Below are positions 41,552 through 50,439 of a stretch of DNA of 64,000 nucleotides, one piece after another (within the stretch, counting starts at the first letter, position 1; each line of letters begins with the position of its first letter). The stretch is from Deferribacterales bacterium (GTDB lineage Bacteria; Chrysiogenota; Deferribacteres; Deferribacterales; Geovibrionaceae). The notes under the pieces are model-generated. The model was not told where the DNA came from. It was given only the letters and a program-made list of their open reading frames with translations, and ran no database searches. The stretch lies in contig JBFWLW010000001.1 of the NCBI GenBank assembly GCA_050251945.1, forward strand, positions 64,001 to 128,000, written 5' to 3'. The position numbers and the translations under genes were made by a program.

Positions 41552-44500
41552 ATGGCTGAAAACAAAAAAGTTATTATCGACGGCAACACCGCCGCAGCCC
41601 ATGTCGCACATGCGACAAACGAAGTAATCGCTATCTATCCTATCACACCTTCTTCGGTTATGGGAGAGATTTCTGATGAAAAGTCCGCAGTGGGGGAAAA
41701 GAACATCTGGGGTTCTGTTCCGAAGGTTGTTGAGCTTCAGTCCGAAGGCGGAGCTTCCGGCGCGGTTCACGGCGCTCTTTCCGCAGGCGCACTGACAACC
41801 ACTTTCACCGCTTCTCAGGGTCTTCTTCTGATGATCCCTAATATGTATAAGATAGCGGGCGAGCTGACACCCACGGTTTTCCACGTTTCCGCACGCGCAC
41901 TTGCTACGCACGCGCTTTCTATCTTCGGCGACCATTCCGACGTTATGGCCTGCCGTCAGACAGGATGGGCCATGCTGGCTTCCAACAATCCGCAGGAGGT
42001 CATGGACTTCGCGCTTATATCTCAGGCGGCTGCCCTTGAGGGCAGAGTTCCGGTTCTCCATTTTTTCGACGGTTTCAGAACTTCTCATGAGCTTCGCACA
42101 ACCATCGAACTGACATACGACGAAATGAAACAGATGATCTGTGACGATCTTGTCATCGCCCACAGAAAACGCGCTCTTAACCCCGATATGCCTACTATGA
42201 AAGGTACTTCACAGAACCCCGATGTCTTCTTTCAGGCGAAAGAGACTGTGAACAAATACTATCAGGACTTCGCAGCCATTATGCAGAAGCAGATGGATAA
42301 ATTCGCCAGGATGACCGGACGCGCGTATAACCTTGTGGACTACACAGGCGCACCCGATGCGGAAAAAGTCCTTGTTATCATGGGTTCCGGTGCAGACGTT
42401 GCCGAAGAGGCGATTGAGTATATGAACGCATGCGGCGAAAAGGTCGGTCTTGTTAAAATTAGACTTTACAGACCCTTCCCGCTGGAACAGTTCATTGCGG
42501 CACTGCCCAAGAAAGTTAAAAAGATAGCAGTTCTTGACAGAACGAAAGAGCCGGGTTCCATCGGCGAACCTATGTATCTTGACGTTCGTACCGCCATCGG
42601 CGAGGCTATGCAGAGAAAACTCTTCACATTCGACGGATATCCCACAATCGTCGGCGGACGTTACGGTCTCGGCTCAAAAGAGTTTACGCCTGCAATGGTC
42701 AAAGCAGTGTTTGACAACCTTGATGCTGACGAACCCGTTAACGGTTTCACAGTGGGCATCGTGGACGATGTCACCAATCTCAGCCTTAAACACGATGAAA
42801 ACTGGCTTACCCCTCAGGACGACGTTTTCAACGCTATGTTCTTCGGTCTGGGTTCCGACGGTACTGTCGGTGCGAACAAAAACTCCGCAAAAATTATCGG
42901 CGACCTGACAGACAACACCGTTCAGGCGTATTTCGTATACGACTCGAAAAAAGCAGGTTCAATGACAACATCACACCTGCGTTTCGGAAAGAGAAATATA
43001 AAAAGCTCTTATCTGGTTCAGAAAGCGGATTTCGTTGCATGCCACAACTTCTCATTCCTTGAGAAATACGACATGCTTAAATATCTGAAACCCGGCGGTA
43101 CTTTCCTGCTCAACAGCCAGTACGGTGCCGACGAAATATGGGCGCATATTCCCGAGGTTGTTCAGAAACAGATAGTTGCCAAACAGGCGAAAGTTTATAC
43201 CATCAATGCGGTTGATATAGCAGAGAAGATAGGTCTCGGTTCACGTTACAACGTTATCCTTCAGACTGCGTTCTTCAAAATATCCAACATCGTTGATTTC
43301 AGCATAGTTACTGAATCAATCAAGGATGCCAATAAAAAGACATACGGCAGATACGGCGACAAAGTTGTTAAAATGAACAACGACTCAGTTGACGCGGGTT
43401 CAACAGAACTGCTTGAGGTTAAATACCCCGGACAGGGCGGCAAACCTTCAAGCGACGAAGTAGAATTCCCGCTCATCAACAACTGTGTGACAGACCCGAC
43501 CGCCAGCGAATTCGTTAAAGACACCACAAGCATGCTTGTCGCTATGAGAGGCGATGAAGTAACTGTCGGTCAGATGCCGCAGGACGGTACTTTCCCCACA
43601 GGCACTGCTAAGTTTGAGAAACGCAATATTGCGGTTCACATCCCCGAGTGGGACACAGAACTTTGCATCCAGTGCGGAATCTGCTCATTCGTATGCCCCC
43701 ACGCCGCCATCCGTACAATGGTTTATCCCGCAGCGGAACTTTCAAAAGCTCCTGCCGCATTTAAATCCATGGATGCGAAAGGCAAAGAATTTGAAGGAAT
43801 GAAATTTACGGTTCAGGTTGCTCCCGAGGACTGTACAGGCTGCGGCGCTTGTGTTTACAACTGCCCCGCAAAAAGCAAGACAGACCCCGAACACAAAGCC
43901 ATCAACATGAAATCTCAGATTGTTCTGCGCGAACAGGAGATGGAGAATTTCGAGTTCTTCCTGTCTCTGCCGGAGCTTCCCAACGAAAAATACAACAAAG
44001 CCACCCTTAAAGGCTCACAGCTTTCACCTCACATGTTCGAGTTTTCCGGCGCATGTGCAGGTTGCGGCGAAACGCCTTATATCAAACTGCTCTCCCAGCT
44101 TTTCGGTGACAGAGCGCTTATCGCCAACGCCACAGGCTGTTCATCAATCTACGGCGGTAACCTGCCCACAACTCCTTACACTACGAGATGTGACGGCAGA
44201 GGACCTGCATGGTCAAACTCACTGTTTGAAGATAACGCAGAGTTCGGCTACGGAATGAGACTGACTGTTGACAAGTTCAATGAAATGGCTCTTGAACTGC
44301 TTGATAAACTTGCAGGAAAACTGGACGCTAAACTTGTTGAGGCTATCAAAACAGCAGAGCAGAAAGATCAGCTTCAGATCGAGGCACAGAGAACAAGAGT
44401 TGCCGAGCTTAAAAAATCGCTTGAAAAAATATCCGGCGACGATGCCAAGAACCTCGCTTCAATAGCCGACTATCTGGTTAAGAAATCCGTCTGGATCGTG

Positions 44501-45142
44501 GGCGGCGACGGCTGGGCATATGATATCGGTTACGGCGGTCTTGACCATGTTCTGGCATCCAACGAGAACATCAACGTTCTGGTTCTGGATACCGAAGTGT
44601 ACTCAAACACAGGCGGTCAGGCTTCAAAATCCACACCTATCGGCGCACAGGCTAAGTTTGCGTTCTCCGGTAAGGTGGCTGAGAAGAAAGACCTTTCAAT
44701 GATATGTATGACATACGGACACATCTATGTTGCCAAAGTTGCTCTTTCAAACCCAGCTCAGGTTATCAAGGCGTTTGTTGAGGCAGAGGCGCATAACGGT
44801 CCTTCAATCATCATAGCTTATTCACACTGTATCGCTCACGGTATCAACATGACAGCCGGAGTTGAAGGTCAGAGAAAAGCGGTTGCATCAGGCTACTGGC
44901 CTCTGTTCCGTTTCAACCCTGCTCTTCGTGAAGAGGGCAAAAACCCCCTGTCTCTGGACAGCAAAGAGCCTACTATGCCACTTAAGGACTTTATGGCTAC
45001 AGAGAACAGATTCCGTGTTGTACAGAAGATGTTCCCCGAAAAAGCAGATGCCATCGTTAAGTTCGCGGACAGAAAGTCACGTCAAAGACTTAAACTGTAT
45101 CAGGAACTTGCGAAAGTAGACTGCTCAATCGAAGAGAAATAA
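41552..45142 (+). CDS. nifJ: pyruvate:ferredoxin (flavodoxin) oxidoreductase
   Basis: AIYPITPS, GLGSDGTVGANK, two 4Fe-4S motifs, GACAGCGET, GGDGWAYDIG. Confidence 0.97.
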   Translation: MAENKKVIIDGNTAAAHVAHATNEVIAIYPITPSSVMGEISDEKSAVGEKNIWGSVPKVVELQSEGGASGAVHGALSAGALTTTFTASQGLLLMIPNMYKIAGELTPTVFHVSARALATHALSIFGDHSDVMACRQTGWAMLASNNPQEVMDFALISQAAALEGRVPVLHFFDGFRTSHELRTTIELTYDEMKQMICDDLVIAHRKRALNPDMPTMKGTSQNPDVFFQAKETVNKYYQDFAAIMQKQMDKFARMTGRAYNLVDYTGAPDAEKVLVIMGSGADVAEEAIEYMNACGEKVGLVKIRLYRPFPLEQFIAALPKKVKKIAVLDRTKEPGSIGEPMYLDVRTAIGEAMQRKLFTFDGYPTIVGGRYGLGSKEFTPAMVKAVFDNLDADEPVNGFTVGIVDDVTNLSLKHDENWLTPQDDVFNAMFFGLGSDGTVGANKNSAKIIGDLTDNTVQAYFVYDSKKAGSMTTSHLRFGKRNIKSSYLVQKADFVACHNFSFLEKYDMLKYLKPGGTFLLNSQYGADEIWAHIPEVVQKQIVAKQAKVYTINAVDIAEKIGLGSRYNVILQTAFFKISNIVDFSIVTESIKDANKKTYGRYGDKVVKMNNDSVDAGSTELLEVKYPGQGGKPSSDEVEFPLINNCVTDPTASEFVKDTTSMLVAMRGDEVTVGQMPQDGTFPTGTAKFEKRNIAVHIPEWDTELCIQCGICSFVCPHAAIRTMVYPAAELSKAPAAFKSMDAKGKEFEGMKFTVQVAPEDCTGCGACVYNCPAKSKTDPEHKAINMKSQIVLREQEMENFEFFLSLPELPNEKYNKATLKGSQLSPHMFEFSGACAGCGETPYIKLLSQLFGDRALIANATGCSSIYGGNLPTTPYTTRCDGRGPAWSNSLFEDNAEFGYGMRLTVDKFNEMALELLDKLAGKLDAKLVEAIKTAEQKDQLQIEAQRTRVAELKKSLEKISGDDAKNLASIADYLVKKSVWIVGGDGWAYDIGYGGLDHVLASNENINVLVLDTEVYSNTGGQASKSTPIGAQAKFAFSGKVAEKKDLSMICMTYGHIYVAKVALSNPAQVIKAFVEAEAHNGPSIIIAYSHCIAHGINMTAGVEGQRKAVASGYWPLFRFNPALREEGKNPLSLDSKEPTMPLKDFMATENRFRVVQKMFPEKADAIVKFADRKSRQRLKLYQELAKVDCSIEEK

Positions 45143-45156
45143 TTTCATAATCATAT

Positions 45157-45230
45157 GAGACTGCCGCGGGCTTCGCCCTCGCAGAGACGTTAATTCGTCT
45201 TCGCGAGGAGCGGAGCGACGCGGCGATCTC
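45157..45230. repeat. family A doublet
   Basis: gagactgccgcgggcttcgccctcgcagagac / gtcttcgcgaggagcggagcgacgcggcgatctc. Confidence 0.8.
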
Positions 45231-45293
45231 TTTTATTGGTTTTAATACGCAGTGCATTTTTTACCCACCTCAAACTGCTCGATTTAAAATCTT

Positions 45294-45662
45294 TTATTCG
45301 TTCAGTTTCGTTGCATATTTCGGATTGTATGTTCCGTATTCCGCTTGCGGATTTCTTTTTGAAGCCCAGACCAGAAGCGCATCCAGAGCGGGACACAATT
45401 CTTTTCCTTCATCCGTCAGGCTGTATTCCACCTTTGGAGGAACCTGCGGATACACAGTCCTTGCTACGATCCCGTCAGCTTCGAGAGCTTTCAACTGCTG
45501 TATAAGCATTTTTTGCGTTACCTCAGGGATGCTTCTTTCAAGTTCTGAAAAACGCATTACATGGTTTGAGAAAAGATTCATGATTATCAGAAGTTTCCAT
45601 CTTCCTTCAAGAACCTTCATCGCTTCTCTTATGCCTGTCGCGGCTGAATCCGGTGTTATCAT
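45294..45662 (-). CDS. HxlR-family transcriptional regulator
   Basis: GRWKLLI, RFSEL, TQKMLIQQLKALE.DG, YPQVPPKVEYSLT. Confidence 0.92.
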   Translation of the reverse strand: MITPDSAATGIREAMKVLEGRWKLLIIMNLFSNHVMRFSELERSIPEVTQKMLIQQLKALEADGIVARTVYPQVPPKVEYSLTDEGKELCPALDALLVWASKRNPQAEYGTYNPKYATKLNE

Positions 45663-45666
45663 TTCA

Positions 45667-45708
45667 TACCTACTTTTTAGTCAGTACATTACTTTTTTGT
45701 GTGTACTT
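45667..45708. promoter_or_regulatory. probable HxlR-family operator (tandem TACTTTTT.GT..GTAC)
   Basis: tacctactttttagtcagtac then ttacttttttgtgtgtac between the divergent regulator and SDR genes. Confidence 0.5.
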
Positions 45709-45779
45709 GACATTATTGCAGTATAAAGCTTAATTATTGCGAAAGCAACCGCGCGGCTGAAAATTTACGGAGAAACAAA

Positions 45780-46550
45780 ATGGAAAAAGAATTTGAAGGC
45801 AGGAAGGCACTGGTTACAGGCGGGACGCAGGGGATGGGAAAAGCCACTGCATTGCGCCTTGCGGCGGGAGGTGCGGATGTAATTGCAGCGGCAAGGAGCA
45901 TCCCTGAAGATTTTCCTTTAAAGGTTATCGCGGCGGATATATCAACGGCAGAGGGGACAAACCGGATCATTGAGGACACGATGAGCCATTTCGGCTGTCC
46001 TGACATCATCATTAACAATGCCGGAGGTTCCAAATCGCCGGCGGGCGGTTATAAAGCGCATACAGATGAAGAGTGGCAGAAGATGTTCGAGCTGAACCTG
46101 TTCGGTGCCGTGCGGCTCGACAGAGGATTTCTGCCGTTCATGACCGAGAGAAAGAGCGGTGTCATAATACATATTTCATCAATACAGAGCCACAAACCCA
46201 TTTATGAATCAACTTTGGGTTATGCCGCGGCAAAGGCAGCGCTGAATAACTACAGCAAAGCCATCTCTCTGGAGGTTGCAAGGTTCGGCGTCCGTGTGAA
46301 CGTAATTTCTCCCGGCTTCATAGAAACTGACGCGGCGCATGCCTATATCCGTCTGATAGCTGATGATAAAAAGATATCCGAGGATGAAGCGCGTAATGAG
46401 ATCATAAATTATATCGGAGGAATACCACTCGGCAGAACAGGCAGACCGGAGGATGTTGCGGAACTGGCGGTCTTTCTTGCATCCGACAGAGCCAAGTGGA
46501 TAACCGGAGTGGAATACAGAATAGACGGCGGAACAATACAGACCCTGTAG
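45780..46550 (+). CDS. SDR oxidoreductase
   Basis: TGGTQGMG, NNAG, YAAAK, PG, DGG. Confidence 0.92.
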   Translation: MEKEFEGRKALVTGGTQGMGKATALRLAAGGADVIAAARSIPEDFPLKVIAADISTAEGTNRIIEDTMSHFGCPDIIINNAGGSKSPAGGYKAHTDEEWQKMFELNLFGAVRLDRGFLPFMTERKSGVIIHISSIQSHKPIYESTLGYAAAKAALNNYSKAISLEVARFGVRVNVISPGFIETDAAHAYIRLIADDKKISEDEARNEIINYIGGIPLGRTGRPEDVAELAVFLASDRAKWITGVEYRIDGGTIQTL

Positions 46551-46558
46551 GAGGAAAA

Positions 46559-46846
46559 ATGTCAGTATATTTTATTTTTATCAGAGAAAGACTTAGAGAC
46601 CAGAAAGAGATTGATGAATACGCGAAGCTCGCGCCCTCTGCGGCAAAAGGACACAGCATGCGACCCTTAGCGGTGTATGGCAAAACCGAAACGCTGGAAG
46701 GAGCCGAGGCGCAGGGAGTTGTGCTTCTGGAGTTTGCCACATATGAAGAGGGAATGGCATGGTACGACAGCAGTGAATATTCGGAAGCTAAGAAGCACAG
46801 GCATCTCGGTGCAGACTACAGATTGATAGTTACTCACGGAGTATAA
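46559..46846 (+). CDS. DUF1330-like protein
   Basis: LEG...VVLLEF....AWYDS.EY..A..HR; AGGAGG RBS before ATG 46559. Confidence 0.8.
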   Translation: MSVYFIFIRERLRDQKEIDEYAKLAPSAAKGHSMRPLAVYGKTETLEGAEAQGVVLLEFATYEEGMAWYDSSEYSEAKKHRHLGADYRLIVTHGV

Positions 46847-46871
46847 TCACACAGAGCGGGTTCACTCCTTT

Positions 46872-47105
46872 TCAGACTGATGACAAAGTCAGTAAAATGG
46901 GAGATCGCGTTGTCGATTTATTCGATAAATAGTTTAAAGTGGACTCATTTCAGCAAGCTCGGTACAGAAACATTTGCAAAAATAGGCAAATGTTTTCAGC
47001 CTTCGGCTAGTGCTCCTCGCGAAGACAAAAAAACGTCTCTGCGAGGGTTTTAACCCGAAGCAGTCTAATGTGAGTCTGTGTAAATTTAGTTTGTCAACAA
47101 CCAGA
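46872..47105 (+). mobile_element. MITE copy 2 with an interrupted family A doublet
   Basis: TCAGACTGATGACAAA ... TTTGTCAACAACCAGA ends; AGAGCGGGTTCA on both flanks; about 90-bp insert in the first A unit. Confidence 0.75.
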
Positions 47106-47269
47106 GAGCGGGTTCATCCCGCTCTTATTGTTTCATTCTTAACCTCTCTTAATCATATCCCTTTTTCATAACGACTATAATTCCCGACATGAAGACCAAA
47201 CTGACATATGAGCAGAATACAAAGAGGCGGATGCCTTGTGCGCACCGCCTCCCTCTTCATTGAGGTGAC

Positions 47270-47728
47270 ATGGAAAAGATAGCGGAGCGAATCAAGGAAT
47301 ACGAGGGGTACAGAGAAAAGCCCTATCAGTGTACAGCAAAAAAATGGACCATCGGCTTCGGGTATAACTATGAAGACCGCGGGTTCACAACGTCGGACAT
47401 TACAGACATACTTGAAAACGGGTTTACAAAAGAGCTTGCGGAAAAGCTCCTTGAAAGGGACGTTAAACGTTGTGCGAAAGAGGCGGAGGCGTTCCAGTTT
47501 TATAATTCTATGAACGACGTCAGGCGCGCAGTGGTGGTCGACATGATATATCAGATGGGTGTCGGCGGGTTCAAAGGGTTTAAGAATATGATAGAACGGC
47601 TTACAAAGGGCGACTGGAAAGGCGCTTCAACTGAGATGATACACAGCAAGTGGTATACGCAGTCCGGACGCAGAAGCCGTACCAATGTGAAGCAGATGGA
47701 AGAGGGGACTTGGCAGGAGGTGAAATAG
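47270..47728 (+). CDS. phage-type lysozyme (GH24/T4-like)
   Basis: EGYREKPYQC.....TIGFG (E-x8-C-x5-T), RRAVVVDMIYQMG, FKNM, SKWYTQ; no signal peptide. Confidence 0.88.
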   Translation: MEKIAERIKEYEGYREKPYQCTAKKWTIGFGYNYEDRGFTTSDITDILENGFTKELAEKLLERDVKRCAKEAEAFQFYNSMNDVRRAVVVDMIYQMGVGGFKGFKNMIERLTKGDWKGASTEMIHSKWYTQSGRRSRTNVKQMEEGTWQEVK

Positions 47729-47908
47729 ATGACAGGCATTTTAACAAAGGCTGTTGTTGCGGCACTCAGCAGGGTGTTTTATGCATTCATGACCGAGAAG
47801 ATGATATCCATGGTTATTATCGAGGTGCTGAAAAAACTTTCGGAAAAGACCACGAATACGCTTGATGATGAGATAGTTATGAAGTTGGAAGCGAACCTGA
47901 ACGTGTAA
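47729..47908 (+). CDS. 59-aa phage-like membrane-associated protein (holin-like candidate)
   Basis: Not in the ORF track. AGGAGG RBS, ATG directly after the lysozyme stop; MTGILTKAVVAALSRVFYAFMTEKMISMVIIEVLKKLSEKTTNTLDDEIVMKLEANLNV. Confidence 0.7.
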   Translation: MTGILTKAVVAALSRVFYAFMTEKMISMVIIEVLKKLSEKTTNTLDDEIVMKLEANLNV

Positions 47909-47932
47909 ACATAAAAGCCCGTCCGAAGACGG

Positions 47933-48070
47933 ACTCAGACTGATGACAAAGGCATATAAATACGAGATCGCGTCGTCATTTCATTCCTCGCGAAGACGAA
48001 ACCCGTCTCTGCGAGGAGCACTGGCGACGAAGCAGTCTCATTGTTTTAATAGTTTGTCAACAACCTGAGT
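47933..48070 (+). mobile_element. MITE copy 3 (138 bp, intact) inserted in a bidirectional terminator
   Basis: ACTCAGACTGATGACAAA / TTTGTCAACAACCTGAGT inverted ends (15/18); exact 14-bp flanking repeat CCGTCCGAAGACGG; A doublet 47964-48039. Confidence 0.85.
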
Positions 48071-48096
48071 CCGTCCGAAGACGGGCTTTATATCAT

Positions 48097-50427
48097 TTAG
48101 CTTTCTATATATTTTTCAGTCATTTCATACATTGTCCAGACACCGCAGGGGCATACGCCTGCGCAGATTCCGCAGCCGATGCATTTTGAGGGGTTGGAAA
48201 CGTATTCAAATTTGCCGTCGATCTCTTTCCTTGTGATCGCCTGTTCGGGGCAGACCTCAAGGCAGAAAGAGCAGTCGCGGCAGAAACCGCAGCTCATACA
48301 TCTTCCTGTTTCGTCTTCAGCGGAGAGTTCTTCAACACGCTGGGGATTCATAGGATGATAGTATGCGTCCTGCACCTTATCCTGAGGGATAACCGGTGCT
48401 TTTTCAAATTTATCCAGTTTGCGTCCGTTGAGCAGTTTGTCCACGTTGATGGCAGCTTTGCGTCCGTCGCCCAGAGCATGTGTGAACAGTCCCTGTTTGA
48501 TGGCGTCCCCTGTTATGAACACTTTTTCGTCCGCTTCACACTGGAAGTATTCGTTCATTTTAACAAGCCCTCTTTCGTTGAGCCATGACTTGTCGATAAA
48601 TGAGAAATCCGGTCTGTCGCCCACCGCAATGATAACTGTATCTGCGGGTATCAGTGTACCGTCTTTGGTCAAAAGACCTTCTTCCGTTACCTTCTGTGTG
48701 AATACAGGCCAGAGTATCTTTGCTCCGAGATGTCTTGCATGTTCCATTTCCGCTTCAAAAGCCGCGGGTTTCTGGATATCTATTGCAGTGACCTCTTTCG
48801 CGCCCATTTCGTATGCGCCGATGACAACGTCCATTGCGGCGTTGCCGGCACCTATAACAACAACTTTTGAGCCGACTTTGGGTTTTTGTCCTTTGTTTAT
48901 CTCTTTCAGGAAGTCGAGACCCTTAACGAGTTTTTCGTGTCCTTCAAACGGGATAACAACGGGGATGTGTGCGCCCACGGCGACTATCACCGCGCTGTAG
49001 TCTTTGCGCAGTTTATCGAAAAGGTTTTTGTCGACCTTTGAGCTGGTTTTGATGTTAACGCCTTTGTCTATGATGCGTTTAAGTTCGGCTGCAAGCACTT
49101 CCTGCGCCAGACGTTCGTTGGGGATAACCTGTTTCAGCTTACCGCCGACAACGCTGTCCTGTTCGTAAACGTCAACCTGATAGCCGAGTTTACGCAGGTG
49201 CCATGCGGCTGAAAGACCGGCAGAACCGGAACCTATTATCGCGACTTTTTCAGCTTTCTGAGGTGCATCGAAAACGATGTCAGCCTCTTTGCTGAGCTGT
49301 CCAAGCTGTTTTATCTTAACGGGTATATCGACCTTTTTACGTGAGCAGATGTCCTGACAAAGGTTGGGGCATACCTGACCGCAGACGGAAGCGGGGAAGG
49401 GGCTGTATTCCAGCACCAGTTCCAGAGCTTCTTTTATTTTTCCCTGACGCAGAAGCGCGATACGCTTTTGTGTGGGGATGAAGACCGGACAGTTGTATTC
49501 ACAGGGGGCTGAATATCTGGCGTTCTGCCATTCGGGATATTTCAGTCTGTAGTCGCCTGTTTCAACGTAGTTTGCCACATAATAGTCTTCCTGCAGAAGG
49601 TCGCCGAAGATACCGCCCTCAACCCACTGACCAAGACGGAAGTCTTTTATGGGGATGAGTGATTTGACTTTTTTCTCTTCAAATGTTTTGGCGACTATCT
49701 TTTTCCATCCGCTCATGTCGGAAAGGATGGAGAGAGCATCTTTTCTGTCAACTTTGCCGAGGAATTCGGGAAGTCCTGCGAGAAGGAAATCCTTGTCGCT
49801 TTCGTCCAGATCCATCAGCCATACGTCTTTGGAAAGCCCTTTGACGTTTCCTCTGAAATATACTGTTCCGCCAACCATACCGACACAGCTTCTGTCGCCC
49901 AGAACGGAAGGTACCTCTTCAGCGCCGAGACCGCAGACAATGGCTGTACCGCCGCCCATGAACTCGAAGCTGAACGAGCCGACGGTTTTAAGTACCCAGA
50001 ATTCCGGCGAAGGGAATTTCGGGTCGTGTTTCATAAGTGCGCCGGAACGTGTTCCGGTTCTGCCTGCGACATATATCTTACCTGATGCCGCGCAGTGTGC
50101 GGTCGTGTCGCCGCCGTCACCGTTAAGGATGATGGTTGCGCCCGCGTTCAGCCAGCCCACGTCCGCAGGTGCGGAACCGTTGATTATTATCTCTGTTCCG
50201 GGCATACCCATGGAGCCGACACGCTGACCGGGGTTTTTAACCGTAAATTTCAGCGGGGTTCCGTCTGTTGTCCAGAGGGGACCGCCGATGTTGTGCTGAC
50301 CGGAAGCTTCGACTTCAAATTCGGTGAAGCCTTCTTCCAGCTTTGCGTATACGTTTTTAAGAAGGTTCTGGGTGGAAACCCTTTTGCCGTCTATTATACC
50401 TTGAATTTTAACTGTTTCTTTGCTCAT
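48097..50427 (-). CDS. glutamate synthase subunit: GXGXG domain fused to GltD-like FAD/NAD(P)H oxidoreductase and 4Fe-4S dicluster
   Basis: GQHNIGG, EFMGGG, CVGMVGG; APCEYNCP, IIGSGSAG, VIGAGNAAMD; C-terminal CxxCxxCxxxCP x2. Confidence 0.88.
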   Translation of the reverse strand: MSKETVKIQGIIDGKRVSTQNLLKNVYAKLEEGFTEFEVEASGQHNIGGPLWTTDGTPLKFTVKNPGQRVGSMGMPGTEIIINGSAPADVGWLNAGATIILNGDGGDTTAHCAASGKIYVAGRTGTRSGALMKHDPKFPSPEFWVLKTVGSFSFEFMGGGTAIVCGLGAEEVPSVLGDRSCVGMVGGTVYFRGNVKGLSKDVWLMDLDESDKDFLLAGLPEFLGKVDRKDALSILSDMSGWKKIVAKTFEEKKVKSLIPIKDFRLGQWVEGGIFGDLLQEDYYVANYVETGDYRLKYPEWQNARYSAPCEYNCPVFIPTQKRIALLRQGKIKEALELVLEYSPFPASVCGQVCPNLCQDICSRKKVDIPVKIKQLGQLSKEADIVFDAPQKAEKVAIIGSGSAGLSAAWHLRKLGYQVDVYEQDSVVGGKLKQVIPNERLAQEVLAAELKRIIDKGVNIKTSSKVDKNLFDKLRKDYSAVIVAVGAHIPVVIPFEGHEKLVKGLDFLKEINKGQKPKVGSKVVVIGAGNAAMDVVIGAYEMGAKEVTAIDIQKPAAFEAEMEHARHLGAKILWPVFTQKVTEEGLLTKDGTLIPADTVIIAVGDRPDFSFIDKSWLNERGLVKMNEYFQCEADEKVFITGDAIKQGLFTHALGDGRKAAINVDKLLNGRKLDKFEKAPVIPQDKVQDAYYHPMNPQRVEELSAEDETGRCMSCGFCRDCSFCLEVCPEQAITRKEIDGKFEYVSNPSKCIGCGICAGVCPCGVWTMYEMTEKYIES

Positions 50428-50439
50428 CTTTTCCCCTCC

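Noticed and set aside
47270..47908. Prophage
   Set aside because: No integrase, terminase, capsid, tail or replication genes on either side
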